A stretch of DNA of 64,000 nucleotides from Clostridia bacterium (GCA_017436525.1 JAFSCX010000019.1:11155-75154), one strand, 5' to 3'. Positions 9,077-19,805 are shown, counted from the first letter of the stretch. A program made the numbers and translations. Notes: generated by a model from the letters alone, not told the origin.

Positions 9077-12000
9077 TTGCGGTTAAAGTGTTTAGATATA
9101 CAGGGCTTTAAGTCCTTCCCCGATAAGATCAATATCGGATTTGATCACGGGATTACAGCGATTGTTGGCCCCAACGGCTCGGGAAAGAGTAATGTTTCCG
9201 ATGCGATTCGCTGGGTATTGGGTGAGCAATCCAATAAGAGCCTTCGAAGCACCAAGATGGAGGATGTGATCTTTTCCGGTACAGCCAAGCGGAAGCCTCA
9301 GGGCTTTGCCGAGGTCAGCCTGACCATTGATAATAGCGACCATGCCCTCAATGTGGATTATAATGAGGTAATGATTACGCGTCGGTATTATCGTAGCGGC
9401 GAAAGTGAATATTTTATCAATAAATCTCCTGCCCGTCTTCGGGATATTCATGAAATGTTTATGGATACCGGTATCGGGCGGGATGGTTATTCCATTATCG
9501 GTCAGGGCACCATCGATCAGATCCTGCTTGGAAAAAGCGAAGAGCGGCGCTCTATGCTGGAGGAGGTGGCAGGGATCTCCAAATTCCGCTATCGCAAAAA
9601 TGAAGCGGAGCGTAAGCTGAATTCCACCGAAGAAAATCTTGTGCGGCTCAACGATATTGTAGGGGAGCTGAGAGAGCGCCTGCCCAATCTGGAGCGGCAA
9701 GCCGATAAGGCCAAGAAATATCTTGCCATGTATGAGGAGCGCAAGAGCCTGGAGATTGCCATTTGGCTGCAGGAGCTGGATCAGATCAAGGTCAATGCAT
9801 CTAAGATTGAGGAAAGCCATGCCATCGCCAAAGGGCAGCTGGATGATCTTACCATCGAAGTGGAAAATATGGAGCAGGAGATCAACGATCTCTTCCAGCG
9901 CAATGTGGATATCAATACCGAAATTGAGCAGATTCGCTTGCAGCAAAGCGGCTGGGATGAGCAGATCGGTGCGCTGAATTCTCAAAGAGCGGTGCTGGAA
10001 AGTCAGGCGGCTTTTGAGCAGGAGACCGTTGCCCGCTTGGAGCAGGAGCTTTCTTCTGTCAATACCCGCAAGACCGAGCTGAATGATCGGATCAGAGGTT
10101 ATCATACCGAAATCGAAGAAAAGCAAGCAAAGATCCAATCCATCGAGGAGCAGATCACAGCCCTTTTCAAAGAGACCGAATCGATTATTGCCAAAAGTGA
10201 GGATCAGCGTAAGCAGGCCGAGGAGCTGCAGGTGCGCTTGCAGCAAAATGCCGCCGTGCGCAACGCCGCGCAGATGGATGGGATTTCTCTTTCTTCCTCT
10301 ATGGAGGGCTATGACCATCGCAAAGCCGAATTGGAGGAAGCGATGGCGGAGCAGCAAGCCAAGATTGCGGAGGTAGAAGAAGAGCTTGAAGCGATCGATC
10401 GTGAGCAGCTGAAGATGAGCGAAGAGATCGAAAGCGAGAATAATGCGGCTGCAGGCCTTAAGAAGATGCTGGAGATCAAGGATCGCAATTATAATGAGGC
10501 CTTGGAAGCGGAGCAGAAATCTGCTGCACGCAGAGATGCGTTGATTCAAAGAGAGAATATTCTCGCAGAGATGGAAAAGCATCTGGAAGGCTTTGGCGGT
10601 GCGGTCAAGCTGGTGATTGAGCAGAGCCAAAGAGGCGTTCTGCAGGGGATTATCGGCCCTGTATCAAAGCTGATTAAGGTTGAAAAAGAATACTTAATTG
10701 CGGTGGAGACCGCGCTGGGTACTGCTATTCAAAATATTGTAACCCAAGATAGCAAGGCGGCGAAAAATGCCATGCTTCTTTTGAAGAACCGAGGTGCAGG
10801 CCGCGCCACCTTCCTGCCCCTTGCGGATATTACGCCTAAGGATGTGAAGGAAGATTTCAGCAAGCAGATCGGCTTTTTGGGTGTGGCAGATACTTTGGTT
10901 AAGACTGATAAGGCCCATGAGAAGGCCATCGCCTTCCTTTTGGGCAGGACCTTGGTCTGCGATACCATTGATCATGCGCTGTCTCTTGCAAAGGCTTGCA
11001 ATAATAAGTATAAGATTGTTACTTTGGACGGTCAGGTGATCAATGCAGGCGGCTCCATGACGGGCGGCAGCGCCGCCAAGAGCGCAGGGCTTCTTTCCCG
11101 CGGTTTGGAGCTGGAGCAGCTGGCCAAAGAGCTTGAAGCAGAAGATAGGAAATATCAAGAGCTACATAGCAAGCTGGAAAAAGCCGAAAGCGAAAAAGCC
11201 ACTCTCGACGCTCGCCTGCAAGGGTCCGAGGATGCCATCCATCAGCTTACCGAAGATCGGCTTCGTCTGGCAGGTCTTTATGAGAATAAAGCAGTGGTCA
11301 AGGAATCCTATCTTGCCATTTTGGAGGGCTATAAGCGCGAGATGGAGACTCTTCATACCGCTTCCGGTGATGCCGGTCAGCGGTTGGAAGAAAATAAAGC
11401 CCGTCAGCAAGAACTTGCTAAGGTTGCAGAAGAGCTGCAAGATCAGCTGACCTCCTTGCAGGGATTGGGTGCTGATGATCAGGCGCGGATGGAAGCGCTC
11501 AAGAGCAAGACGGCCGCTCATGAAATGGATAAGGTTTCCTTGTTTAAGGAAATCGAGGGGATCAATTCTTTGATCGGTCAGCTGGAAAATCAGCTGCTTT
11601 TGATTGATAAAGAAGAGGCTGAGAAGGCGCTGCATATCGAAGAATCCATGGCGCGCAGCCAAAAGGCAAAAGAGGATGCCGCTTCTATGGAGGAGCAGGC
11701 TGCCGCTTTAAGACGCCAGCATGAAGAAGGAAAAGAGCAGATTACTGCTTTGGTGCAGCGCCGGCAAGAGCAGGATCAGAAGCAGACTCAATATCGAGCA
11801 GAGCTCAAGGGCAAGAATGAAGCCAAGGGTAAGCTGATCGAAGAGGTAGCGCGCTTGGATCACCGCCTTGCAGGGATTACCGATCAATCGGATCGGATTA
11901 TTGCTCAGCTTCTGGATGTCTATGAGCTGACGGTTACCGATGCCAAGAAGATCGTTGTCCCGCCGGAGGATTATGCCGAGGCCAAGCGCCGCGTTCAATC

Positions 12001-12646
12001 CTTGAAGGCAAGCATCAAGAATCTGGGCGCTGTAAATATCGAGTCCATTGAAGAGTATAATACGGTCAAAGAGCGGTATGACTTTATGGACGGGCAGGTG
12101 CAGGATCTCACCTCCTCCAAGATTGAGCTGGAAAAGATTATCCGCGAGCTGCTAAGCCAGATGAAAGATATTTTCAGCGAAAAATTTGCTCAGTTGAATC
12201 AAGAATTCCAGCAGATCTTCTCCGAACTTTTCGGCGGCGGTACTGCGAAATTGGTGCTGAGCGATCCGGAGGATGTCCTGAATTGCGATATTGATGTTAA
12301 GGCGGCTCCTCCCGGAAAGATTATTAAGAATCTGGTATCCCTTTCGGGCGGCGAGCGGGCATTTACCGCTATCTGCTTGTATTTTGCAATTCTGAAGGTG
12401 CGGCCTACTCCCTTCTGCGTAGTGGATGAGATCGAGGCGGCATTGGATGATGTCAACGTTACCCGCTTTGCCAATTATATGCGCCATTATAGCGATAAGA
12501 CGCAGTTTGTCTGCATTACCCACCGCCGCGGAACCATGGAAGAGGCAGACGTCCTCTATGGTGTTACCATGCCGGAGCAGGGGATTTCCAAGCTGCTGAC
12601 CATCAATGTCAATGAGATTGCAGAGCAGGTCGGAATTGAAAAGTAA
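9077..12646 (+). CDS. smc: Chromosome segregation protein SMC
   Basis: 1189 aa. N-terminal Walker A GPNGSGKSN, long coiled coils, hinge, C-terminal LSGGE signature and Walker B. TTG start after GAAGGAAG. Confidence 0.95.
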   Translation: MRLKCLDIQGFKSFPDKINIGFDHGITAIVGPNGSGKSNVSDAIRWVLGEQSNKSLRSTKMEDVIFSGTAKRKPQGFAEVSLTIDNSDHALNVDYNEVMITRRYYRSGESEYFINKSPARLRDIHEMFMDTGIGRDGYSIIGQGTIDQILLGKSEERRSMLEEVAGISKFRYRKNEAERKLNSTEENLVRLNDIVGELRERLPNLERQADKAKKYLAMYEERKSLEIAIWLQELDQIKVNASKIEESHAIAKGQLDDLTIEVENMEQEINDLFQRNVDINTEIEQIRLQQSGWDEQIGALNSQRAVLESQAAFEQETVARLEQELSSVNTRKTELNDRIRGYHTEIEEKQAKIQSIEEQITALFKETESIIAKSEDQRKQAEELQVRLQQNAAVRNAAQMDGISLSSSMEGYDHRKAELEEAMAEQQAKIAEVEEELEAIDREQLKMSEEIESENNAAAGLKKMLEIKDRNYNEALEAEQKSAARRDALIQRENILAEMEKHLEGFGGAVKLVIEQSQRGVLQGIIGPVSKLIKVEKEYLIAVETALGTAIQNIVTQDSKAAKNAMLLLKNRGAGRATFLPLADITPKDVKEDFSKQIGFLGVADTLVKTDKAHEKAIAFLLGRTLVCDTIDHALSLAKACNNKYKIVTLDGQVINAGGSMTGGSAAKSAGLLSRGLELEQLAKELEAEDRKYQELHSKLEKAESEKATLDARLQGSEDAIHQLTEDRLRLAGLYENKAVVKESYLAILEGYKREMETLHTASGDAGQRLEENKARQQELAKVAEELQDQLTSLQGLGADDQARMEALKSKTAAHEMDKVSLFKEIEGINSLIGQLENQLLLIDKEEAEKALHIEESMARSQKAKEDAASMEEQAAALRRQHEEGKEQITALVQRRQEQDQKQTQYRAELKGKNEAKGKLIEEVARLDHRLAGITDQSDRIIAQLLDVYELTVTDAKKIVVPPEDYAEAKRRVQSLKASIKNLGAVNIESIEEYNTVKERYDFMDGQVQDLTSSKIELEKIIRELLSQMKDIFSEKFAQLNQEFQQIFSELFGGGTAKLVLSDPEDVLNCDIDVKAAPPGKIIKNLVSLSGGERAFTAICLYFAILKVRPTPFCVVDEIEAALDDVNVTRFANYMRHYSDKTQFVCITHRRGTMEEADVLYGVTMPEQGISKLLTINVNEIAEQVGIEK

Positions 12647-12670
12647 TAAAAGAATTTAGGAGCATTGTTC

Positions 12671-13576
12671 ATGGGCTTTTTTGAAAAACTGAAGCAGGGC
12701 CTTGCCAAAACCTCCAAAAATATTGCCGATAAGGTAGATTCTGTATTGGCCGCCTTCGGCAAGATTGATGAAGAATTATTTGAGGAATTGGAAGAGGCGC
12801 TGATAATGGCGGATATCGGCGTGAATACCACGTTGGAGATCATCGAGCGGCTGCGTAAAGAAGTGAAGCAAGGCCGTCTTACCGATCCTTCTCAAATCAA
12901 AGGCAGGCTGATGGAGATCATCGGCGGCATGATGGGGGAAGATGTGGAACCAATCAAGATGGAGAGCAAGCCGGCGGTCATTTTGATGATCGGGGTCAAT
13001 GGCGTAGGAAAGACGACTACCGCTGCCAAGCTTGCCAAAATCTATAAAGATCAAGGAAAAAAGATTATTTTCGGCGCTGCCGATACCTTCCGCGCCGCCG
13101 CTGCCGAGCAGCTTACTACCTGGGCCGAGCGAGTCGGGGTGGATATCATCAAGAGCCAGCAAGGTGCTGATCCTGCTGCAGTGGTCTTTGATACCATTGC
13201 TGCCGCCAGGGCAAGAGGCTGCGATCTGATTATTTTGGATACAGCAGGCAGGCTTCATAATAAAGTCAACCTGATGAATGAGCTTTCCAAGATCGAAAAG
13301 GTGATTTCTACCCAACTTCCCGATGCGGATAAAGAGGTATGGCTGGTCTTGGATGCCACCACCGGCCAAAATGCCATGAATCAGGCCAATGAATTTAAGA
13401 AGGTAACTCCTTTGAGCGGCGTGATACTGACCAAGCTGGACGGCACTGCCAAGGGCGGGATGGCGATTCCCTTAAAATGCGAGCTGGGGCTTCCCATCCG
13501 CTTTGTAGGGGTAGGGGAGCAGATGGATGATCTGCAGCCCTTTGATGGTATGGATTTTGCAAAAGCATTGTTTTGA
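12671..13576 (+). CDS. ftsY: Signal recognition particle receptor FtsY
   Basis: MGFFEKLKxGL N-terminus; GVNGVGKTTT, DTAGR and TKLDG motifs. Conserved smc-ftsY synteny. Confidence 0.92.
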   Translation: MGFFEKLKQGLAKTSKNIADKVDSVLAAFGKIDEELFEELEEALIMADIGVNTTLEIIERLRKEVKQGRLTDPSQIKGRLMEIIGGMMGEDVEPIKMESKPAVILMIGVNGVGKTTTAAKLAKIYKDQGKKIIFGAADTFRAAAAEQLTTWAERVGVDIIKSQQGADPAAVVFDTIAAARARGCDLIILDTAGRLHNKVNLMNELSKIEKVISTQLPDADKEVWLVLDATTGQNAMNQANEFKKVTPLSGVILTKLDGTAKGGMAIPLKCELGLPIRFVGVGEQMDDLQPFDGMDFAKALF

Positions 13577-13584
13577 GGATTAAA

Positions 13585-14301
13585 ATGAGAGTAGACGGAA
13601 GAGAGCATCAAGAAATTCGAAAAATCGAAATTATTAAGGATTATACCATGCATGCAGAGGGGAGTGTCCTTTATTGCCAAGGGAATACCAAGGTGATTTG
13701 CAATGCAACGGTTGAGGAAAATGTGCCTCCTTATCTTTTGGGTACAGGGAAAGGCTGGGTTACTGCGGAATACGCCATGTTGCCCCGCGCCACCGGCACC
13801 CGTAATAAGCGGGATATCAGCAAATTAAAGCAGGCCCCCCGCAGTACGGAGATTCAGCGCTTAATCGGGCGCGCACTGCGCGGCGCTTTAGATCTTACCA
13901 AGCTGGGTGAGCGGAGTATTATTATCGATTGCGATGTCATTCAGGCCGATGGCGGCACACGCTGCGCCTCCATCAGCGGCGGATTTTTGGCCCTTGCGCT
14001 TGCGATCAACCGATTGATGGAGCAAGGCTTGCTGGAAGAGAATCCCATCAAAAAGCAGGTGGCTGCTATCTCTGTGGGCGTTGTGAATGAGGAGCCTTGC
14101 GCCGATCTTTGCTATCAAGAGGATAGCAAAGCCGATACCGATATGAATGTGATCATGTCATCCTTAGGTGGCTTCATTGAGATTCAAGGAACTGCCGAGG
14201 GAGAAGAGTTTGATAAGAAGCAGCTGGATGCATTGCTCTCTTTGGCAAAGCGCGGCTGCAAAAAGATTTTCAAAGCCCAAAAGAAGGTGCTGGAAAAATG
14301 A
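13585..14301 (+). CDS. rph: Ribonuclease PH
   Basis: RxDGR N-terminus; AEYAMLP(R)AT and DCDVIQADGGTR motifs. Confidence 0.92.
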   Translation: MRVDGREHQEIRKIEIIKDYTMHAEGSVLYCQGNTKVICNATVEENVPPYLLGTGKGWVTAEYAMLPRATGTRNKRDISKLKQAPRSTEIQRLIGRALRGALDLTKLGERSIIIDCDVIQADGGTRCASISGGFLALALAINRLMEQGLLEENPIKKQVAAISVGVVNEEPCADLCYQEDSKADTDMNVIMSSLGGFIEIQGTAEGEEFDKKQLDALLSLAKRGCKKIFKAQKKVLEK

Positions 14302-14894
14302 ATAAAAAGTTTGTAATCGCCACCAATAACCCTCATAAGGTGGTGGAATTTAAGAAGATTTTAGAGCCTTTGGGGATCAATTGCATCTCGTTAAAAGAGG
14401 CGGGCATTGTATGTGATGCCGAAGAAAATGGGATTACCTTTGCAGAGAATGCCAAAATTAAGGCGCAGGCTGTATTTGATCTCTGCGGCTTGCCTTCTGT
14501 GGCAGATGATAGCGGCATTTGCGTGGATGCGCTGAATGGCGCGCCCGGTGTATTTTCCGCTCGTTATGGGGGCGAAGGATATGATGATGAAGGGCGGATG
14601 TACCTCCTTTTGAAAAATATGGAGGGAGAAGAGAATCGCGCCGCTCATTTTACTTCCGCCATCTGCTGCGTGCTGAATGAGCAGACGACCATTGAAGCGG
14701 AAGGCTATATCTTCGGCACCTTAACCCATGAACCTCGGGGCACCAATGGCTTCGGCTACGATCCGATCTTTCTGCCCGATGGATATGAGATCACTACTGC
14801 AGAGATGGAAGGGGAGCAAAAGAATTCCATCAGCCATCGAGGAAATGCCCTACGGGTCTTTGTAGAAAAGTTAAAGGAGATAAAAGAGTGTTAA
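14298..14894 (+). CDS. rdgB: Non-canonical purine NTP pyrophosphatase (RdgB/HAM1 family)
   Basis: ATNNxHKxxE, SARY(G)G, GxxGFGYDPIF and SHRGxA motifs. Conserved rph-rdgB pair. Confidence 0.9.
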   Translation: MNKKFVIATNNPHKVVEFKKILEPLGINCISLKEAGIVCDAEENGITFAENAKIKAQAVFDLCGLPSVADDSGICVDALNGAPGVFSARYGGEGYDDEGRMYLLLKNMEGEENRAAHFTSAICCVLNEQTTIEAEGYIFGTLTHEPRGTNGFGYDPIFLPDGYEITTAEMEGEQKNSISHRGNALRVFVEKLKEIKEC

Positions 14895-15172
14895 ATAGTA
14901 AGCAACGCGCCAAGCTGCGCGGCCTTGCCGCTAAAGAAGATACCATTTTCCAGCTGGGCAAGGAAGGAATCACCGAAAATTTCATCAACGCTGTAGATGC
15001 AGCGCTTGCGGCAAGAGAATTGATCAAATTTAAGGTATTGGAAAATGCTTTGCTGGATCGAAAAGCAGCCGCAGAGGAGATCGCAAAAGCCACCGGCAGC
15101 GAGGTGGTTACCGTGATCGGTACCAAAATTGTCCTCTATCGTCCTGCGGAAAAGCCGGTTATTCAGCTTTAA
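14888..15172 (+). CDS. yhbY: YhbY/CRM-domain ribosome-assembly RNA-binding protein
   Basis: 94 aa with KQRAxLRxLA...GKxGxT...ELIKxKV pattern. Sits upstream of nadD as in the Bacillus yqeI-nadD-yqeK-rsfS cluster. GTG start. Confidence 0.8.
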   Translation: MLNSKQRAKLRGLAAKEDTIFQLGKEGITENFINAVDAALAARELIKFKVLENALLDRKAAAEEIAKATGSEVVTVIGTKIVLYRPAEKPVIQL

Positions 15173-15174
15173 TA

Positions 15175-16281
15175 ATGGGAAAAACATTAATATTCGGCGG
15201 AACCTTTGATCCGCCTCATAAAGGCCACCGCCATCTTTTGGAGGAGGCGCTCAAGCAGGAAACCTTCGATCGGGTTCTGCTGATTCCATCTTTCATCCCG
15301 CCCCATAAATCCCATCGCCCTGCCCTTTCTTTTGAGGCAAGAGCCGGGATTTTGCAGGATTGGTTTAAGGATATTAAGAATCTTGAGATTTCGGATATCG
15401 AGCAATCAAGAGGCGGCCAAAGTTATACCGCCGATACCATTAGCGCCTTATCGGAGCAATATCCTCATGAGGAGCTTTATCTTCTTATCGGCAGTGATAT
15501 GTTTCTAAGCTTTGAGGCATGGAGCCGCTTTACGTTTCTTCTCAAGCAGGTTGTTTTGGTGGTAGGCTCAAGGAAAACGGGGGATCTGGAGCAGTTGCGC
15601 GCCCATCGGGAGCGATTGCTATCGCTGTATGAATGTAAAGGAATTATACTTTGCAATATGGAGGCAATAGAATGTGCCTCCTCTGATCTTCGGGCAAGGG
15701 GAGAAGGGCTTGCAGAACGGGCGCTTTCCCATATCAGCACCCATTTGGATGTGGCCCGTGCGCGCCATACCATGCAGGTTGCCGATTATGCCCGCTATTT
15801 GGCTCAAAAATTCGGTGCAGATGAAGAGAAGGCCTATCTTTCCGGGCTTTTGCATGATTGCACCAAATGCTTCTCCCATGAATGGCAGATTGATTATCTA
15901 AAGGAAAAGGGCATCTCTCTATCCGATGCGGATCTTGCCTCTCCGCAGATCCTTCATCAGATCAGCGGCGCAATTTATGCGAAAGAGGAGTTGGGCCTTG
16001 AAGATCAAGAGATTCTATCGGCCATTGCCTGCCATACGACCGGAAAGGCAGATATGAGCCTTTTGGATCGAATTCTGTTTTTTGCCGATAGCTGCGAGCC
16101 TACGCGGAATTATCAGGCGGTGGAAGGGCTTCGCAAATGCGGTGAGCAGAATTTAAGGGAAGGGGTGGCGGCGCTTTTGGAGCGCACCATTCAATATATC
16201 AATGAGAAAAATCAACCTCTGCATCCTCAGACCGAAGAAGCAAGGGTGAGTATATTAAAGGAGCTTAGTAAAAATGGATGA
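15175..16281 (+). CDS. nadD: Fusion protein: nicotinate-nucleotide adenylyltransferase (NadD) plus YqeK-type HD-domain phosphohydrolase
   Basis: The N-terminal half carries GGTFDPPHKGH and SDIE...SYT motifs. The C-terminal half carries the HD-domain motif GLLHDCTK and the CHTTG...FFADSCEPxR motif of YqeK. It is one uninterrupted 368-aa frame. Confidence 0.85.
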   Translation: MGKTLIFGGTFDPPHKGHRHLLEEALKQETFDRVLLIPSFIPPHKSHRPALSFEARAGILQDWFKDIKNLEISDIEQSRGGQSYTADTISALSEQYPHEELYLLIGSDMFLSFEAWSRFTFLLKQVVLVVGSRKTGDLEQLRAHRERLLSLYECKGIILCNMEAIECASSDLRARGEGLAERALSHISTHLDVARARHTMQVADYARYLAQKFGADEEKAYLSGLLHDCTKCFSHEWQIDYLKEKGISLSDADLASPQILHQISGAIYAKEELGLEDQEILSAIACHTTGKADMSLLDRILFFADSCEPTRNYQAVEGLRKCGEQNLREGVAALLERTIQYINEKNQPLHPQTEEARVSILKELSKNG

Positions 16282-16642
16282 GGCTGTAAAAATCGCGGTC
16301 AACGCGCTGGACAGCAGAAAAGGGCAGGATATTGAGGTCCTGCGGGTGGATGGAGTAACCTCTATGGCAGATTATTTTATTATCTGTTCCGGCTCCTCCA
16401 ATACCCAAATCCGCACCTTAGGTGATGAGGTGGAATTCAAAATCAAAGAAAAGCTTGGGCTTGATCCTCTCCATCGGGAGGGCTATCAAAGCGCCAGCTG
16501 GATCCTATTGGACTATGGATTTTTGATTGTTCATGTATTCCATCGGGATGCAAGAGAGTTTTATAATTTGGGTCGGCTTTGGGCGGATGCCGAAAGAATC
16601 GACCCTGCTACACTGATTGAGCAAGAGGGGGAAGAATCATGA
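16274..16642 (+). CDS. rsfS: Ribosome silencing factor RsfS
   Basis: 122 aa with [13 protein letters not shown] and WILLDYGxxIVHVF motifs. Confidence 0.88.
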   Translation: MDEAVKIAVNALDSRKGQDIEVLRVDGVTSMADYFIICSGSSNTQIRTLGDEVEFKIKEKLGLDPLHREGYQSASWILLDYGFLIVHVFHRDAREFYNLGRLWADAERIDPATLIEQEGEES

Positions 16643-19044
16643 AATACGATTACAGTGCAATTGAGAAAAAATGGCAAGCTTATTGGGATGAGCATGAAAG
16701 CTATAAGGTAGAGATCGACCATGAGAAGGAAAAATTCTTTGCTTTGGTCGAGTTCCCTTATCCTTCGGGCCAGGGCCTGCATGTGGGCCATCCCCGCAGC
16801 TATACGGCTTTGGATATTGTAAGCCGTAAAAAGAGAATGGAGGGCTTTAATGTCCTTTATCCCATGGGCTGGGATGCTTTCGGCCTTCCTACCGAGAATT
16901 TTGCTATTAAGAATAAAATTCATCCGGCCATCGTTACCAAAAATAATATTGCTCGCTTTAAGAGCCAGCTGAAATCCTTGGGCCTTTCCTTCGATTGGTC
17001 CCGCGAGATCAATACCACCGATCCCGAATATTATAAATGGACGCAGTGGATATTCCTGCAACTTTTCAAAAAGGGCCTTGCCTATAAGAAGGAAATGAAT
17101 GTAAACTGGTGCACCGGCTGTAAGGTGGTGCTTGCCAATGAAGAAGTAGTCAATGGTGTTTGCGAGCGCTGCGCAAGCCCTGTGGTCCATAAGGTGAAGA
17201 GCCAATGGATGCTGAAGATTACCGAATATGCCGAAAAGCTGATCAATGGATTGGATGATGTGGATTTCATTGACCGTGTCAAGACGCAGCAGCTCAATTG
17301 GATCGGGAAGTCTACCGGCGCTACGGTTCGTTTTGGTACGACCGTAGGGGAGGAGCTGGAGGTCTATACCACCCGCCCCGATACCCTCTTTGGTGCTACT
17401 TATATGGTGATCGCTCCCGAGCATCCCATGATCGATGCTTATCAGGATCGGATCAAAAATTATGAGGATGTGATCGCTTATCGGGAGGCCGCTGCCGCCA
17501 AGAGCGATTTTGAGCGCACCGAGCTGGTTAAGGAGAAGACGGGCGTTAAGATCGAGGGCATCTGCGGCATCAATCCGGTCAATGAAAAAGAGATTCCCAT
17601 CTTTGTTTCCGATTATGTCTTAATGTCTTATGGTACCGGCGCTATTATGGCTGTCCCTGCCCATGATACCCGCGACTATGAGTTTGCAAAAGTTTTTGAT
17701 CTGCCCATCATTCAGGTAGTGGCAGGGGGCGATATCGAGAAGGAAGCCTTCACCGATGTGGCCACCGGTACCATGGTTAATAGCGGATTCTTGAATGATC
17801 TTTCTGTCGAGGAAGCCAAAAAAGCCATCATTGAGCATCTTGCTAAAATCGGCAAGGGCGAGCCCAAGACCAATTATAAATTGCGGGATTGGGTCTTCTC
17901 TCGTCAACGCTATTGGGGCGAGCCGATTCCCATTGTTCATTGCCCCTGCTGCGGGCCTGTAGCAGTGCCGGAGGATCAGCTTCCCCTTTTGCTTCCCGAT
18001 GTGGATAGCTATGAGCCCACCGATAACGGGGAGAGCCCCTTGGCGGCCATGGATAGCTTTGTCAATACCACCTGCCCCAAGTGCGGCGCGCCCGCCAAGA
18101 GAGAGACCGATACCATGCCCCAGTGGGCAGGCTCTTCTTGGTATTTCCTGCGCTATATGGATCCCCATAATCATGATGCTTTGGCATCGGAGGAAGCTCT
18201 TTCCTATTGGGGCCCTGTCGATTGGTATAACGGCGGTATGGAGCATACTACCCTCCATCTGCTGTATAGCCGCTTCTGGCATAAATTCCTCTATGATATC
18301 GGCGTGGTTAAGACTGCCGAGCCCTATGCGAAGCGTACCTCTCATGGTATGATCTTGGGTGAGGGCGGCGAAAAGATGAGTAAATCCCGCGGGAATGTTG
18401 TCAACCCCGATGATATTGTCCGTGATTACGGTGCAGATACGCTGCGTACCTATGAAATGTTTATCGGCGACTTTGAGAAGAGCGCACCTTGGAATACTTC
18501 AAGTATTAAGGGCTGTAAGCGTTTCTTGGAGAAATCCTTTAATCTTTTGGAGATCCTTTGCGATGGTGATGAGATTTCCAAGGAGCTGGAACGTTCTTTC
18601 CATCTCGCCATTAAGAAGGTGGGCGATGATATCGATCATCTCAAGATGAATACCGCCCTTGCAACGCTCATGAGCCTGATCAATGAGATCACTGCGAAGG
18701 GAAGTATTAATAAAAAGGAATTGGAGATCTTTGTGAAGATGCTCTATCCCTTCGCGCCTCACCTGGGTGAGGAAATGTGGCAGCAGGCAGGCTTTGAAGG
18801 GGATATGACCTATGTGCCTTGGCCCGCCTATGATGAGAGCAAAACCGTAGCTTCTGAGGTAGAGATTGCAGTGCAGCTTCTGGGTAAGCTGAAGAGCCGC
18901 GTGATGATCCCTGCCGAGGCAAGCGAGGAGGATGTGCTTGCCATTGTAAAAGAAGATGATAAAATGAAACCCTTGCTGGAAGGCAAAAATATCGTAAAAG
19001 TCATCTATGTCAAAGGAAAATTGATCAATCTGATCGTAAGATAA
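16639..19044 (+). CDS. leuS: Leucine--tRNA ligase
   Basis: 801 aa. PYPSGxGLHVGH (HIGH) and KMSKSRGN (KMSKS) motifs, plus the CP1 editing domain. Confidence 0.96.
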   Translation: MKYDYSAIEKKWQAYWDEHESYKVEIDHEKEKFFALVEFPYPSGQGLHVGHPRSYTALDIVSRKKRMEGFNVLYPMGWDAFGLPTENFAIKNKIHPAIVTKNNIARFKSQLKSLGLSFDWSREINTTDPEYYKWTQWIFLQLFKKGLAYKKEMNVNWCTGCKVVLANEEVVNGVCERCASPVVHKVKSQWMLKITEYAEKLINGLDDVDFIDRVKTQQLNWIGKSTGATVRFGTTVGEELEVYTTRPDTLFGATYMVIAPEHPMIDAYQDRIKNYEDVIAYREAAAAKSDFERTELVKEKTGVKIEGICGINPVNEKEIPIFVSDYVLMSYGTGAIMAVPAHDTRDYEFAKVFDLPIIQVVAGGDIEKEAFTDVATGTMVNSGFLNDLSVEEAKKAIIEHLAKIGKGEPKTNYKLRDWVFSRQRYWGEPIPIVHCPCCGPVAVPEDQLPLLLPDVDSYEPTDNGESPLAAMDSFVNTTCPKCGAPAKRETDTMPQWAGSSWYFLRYMDPHNHDALASEEALSYWGPVDWYNGGMEHTTLHLLYSRFWHKFLYDIGVVKTAEPYAKRTSHGMILGEGGEKMSKSRGNVVNPDDIVRDYGADTLRTYEMFIGDFEKSAPWNTSSIKGCKRFLEKSFNLLEILCDGDEISKELERSFHLAIKKVGDDIDHLKMNTALATLMSLINEITAKGSINKKELEIFVKMLYPFAPHLGEEMWQQAGFEGDMTYVPWPAYDESKTVASEVEIAVQLLGKLKSRVMIPAEASEEDVLAIVKEDDKMKPLLEGKNIVKVIYVKGKLINLIVR

Positions 19045-19048
19045 GCTT

Positions 19049-19080
19049 AAAAGAGCGGTCCATCCGGACCGCTCTTTTAT
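19049..19080. terminator. Bidirectional intrinsic terminator between convergent leuS and the 19082-19516 gene
   Basis: 12-bp stem AAAGAGCGGTCC/GGACCGCTCTTT with a 4-nt loop, flanked by A and T runs. Confidence 0.8.
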
Positions 19081-19081
19081 A

Positions 19082-19516
19082 TTATAAAAACTTCTTCATC
19101 TGCTCAATGCTTCGTTCTTCTGCATATTTAAGATCGTTGGCCAGCGCCATTACCAATGGATCGCTGCCTTTGTAGCGGCGAAGATTTTTGATGCTTTTGG
19201 CAAGCCCTGCGGAATTGCCGCGAATCATCAGATGGGCAATGGAAGAGGGGGTACTGTCTAAAGTGCTTTTTATGGTCCCTGTCAGTAAGGTGTTTATTCG
19301 TGCAATGGGATTTGCGCTTTGGGGCGGAGTACCTCTTGCATGAAGATAATTGGCGGCAGTGCCGTAGATCTCCTGATACCTGCGATGCTGAGCCTGCAAG
19401 GCTTTTCGTATGTTCGGATCTTTGCTCTCTCTTAATACCGATTCAATTCCGACTTTACCCATTTCTGCGCTCTTATGAATATATTGGAGCATTTTAATGT
19501 CATGCATCATCATCAC
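19082..19516 (-). CDS. Hypothetical helical protein, possibly with a four-helix-bundle or CotF-like fold
   Basis: 144-aa minus-strand ORF with an SD (GAGGTG) overlapping a run of GTG/ATG starts, and its own terminator. No catalytic motif recognised, so function is not assigned. Confidence 0.6.
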   Translation of the reverse strand: MMMMHDIKMLQYIHKSAEMGKVGIESVLRESKDPNIRKALQAQHRRYQEIYGTAANYLHARGTPPQSANPIARINTLLTGTIKSTLDSTPSSIAHLMIRGNSAGLAKSIKNLRRYKGSDPLVMALANDLKYAEERSIEQMKKFL

Positions 19517-19564
19517 CTCAAAAGTATTATTTCCTTAATTTATCTTTTTTATTTGCGAAAACGC

Positions 19565-19594
19565 TTGACAATTGAGATCGATTTGTGCTAATAT
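19565..19594 (+). promoter_or_regulatory. Sigma-A promoter for the tRNA pair
   Basis: TTGACA (19565-19570), 18-nt spacer, extended -10 TGcTAATAT (19586-19594), about 15 nt upstream of tRNA-Gly. Confidence 0.6.
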
Positions 19595-19610
19595 ATTTGA
19601 GCAAATTCAT

Positions 19611-19685
19611 GCGGGTGTAGCACATCGGCTAGTGCATCGGCCTTCCAAGCCGAGGAGGTGGGTTCGATTCCCATCACCCGCTCCA
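19611..19685 (+). tRNA. tRNA-Gly (anticodon UCC)
   Basis: Acceptor stem GCGGGTG/CACCCGC, anticodon stem TCGGC/GCCGA with loop CTTCCAA, T-arm GGTTCGATTCC, encoded CCA. Confidence 0.9.
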
Positions 19686-19692
19686 TTTTTTT

Positions 19693-19769
19693 GCGCTTTT
19701 AGCTCAGCTGGATAGAGCAACTGCCTTCTAAGCAGTAGGTCGGGGGTTCGAGTCCCTCAAAGCGCGCCA
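19693..19769 (+). tRNA. tRNA-Arg (anticodon UCU)
   Basis: Acceptor stem GCGCTTT/AAAGCGC, D-arm AGCTCAGCTGGATAGAGC, anticodon loop CTTCTAA, T-arm GGTTCGAGTCC, encoded CCA. Confidence 0.9.
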
Positions 19770-19770
19770 A

Positions 19771-19805
19771 AAAGAAAGCATCGCTTCTGCGATGCTTTCT
19801 TTTAT
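19771..19805 (+). terminator. Intrinsic terminator of the tRNA operon
   Basis: 12-bp stem AGAAAGCATCGC/GCGATGCTTTCT, loop TTCT, followed by TTTAT. Confidence 0.8.

Noticed and set aside
9092-10630. 512-aa minus-strand ORF. Similar long antisense ORFs occur at 4899-5945, 7008-8000, 8065-9132, 16561-17424, 20876-22267, 22292-23491, 35983-36972, 55690-56646 and 58602-59927.
   Set aside because: These are shadow ORFs antisense to clearly identified conserved genes (smc, murD, M42 genes, leuS, Ldh-family gene, malic enzyme, lon, recJ, relA). They show low-complexity, Leu/Ile/Arg-rich translations with no motifs. They are a codon-bias artefact.
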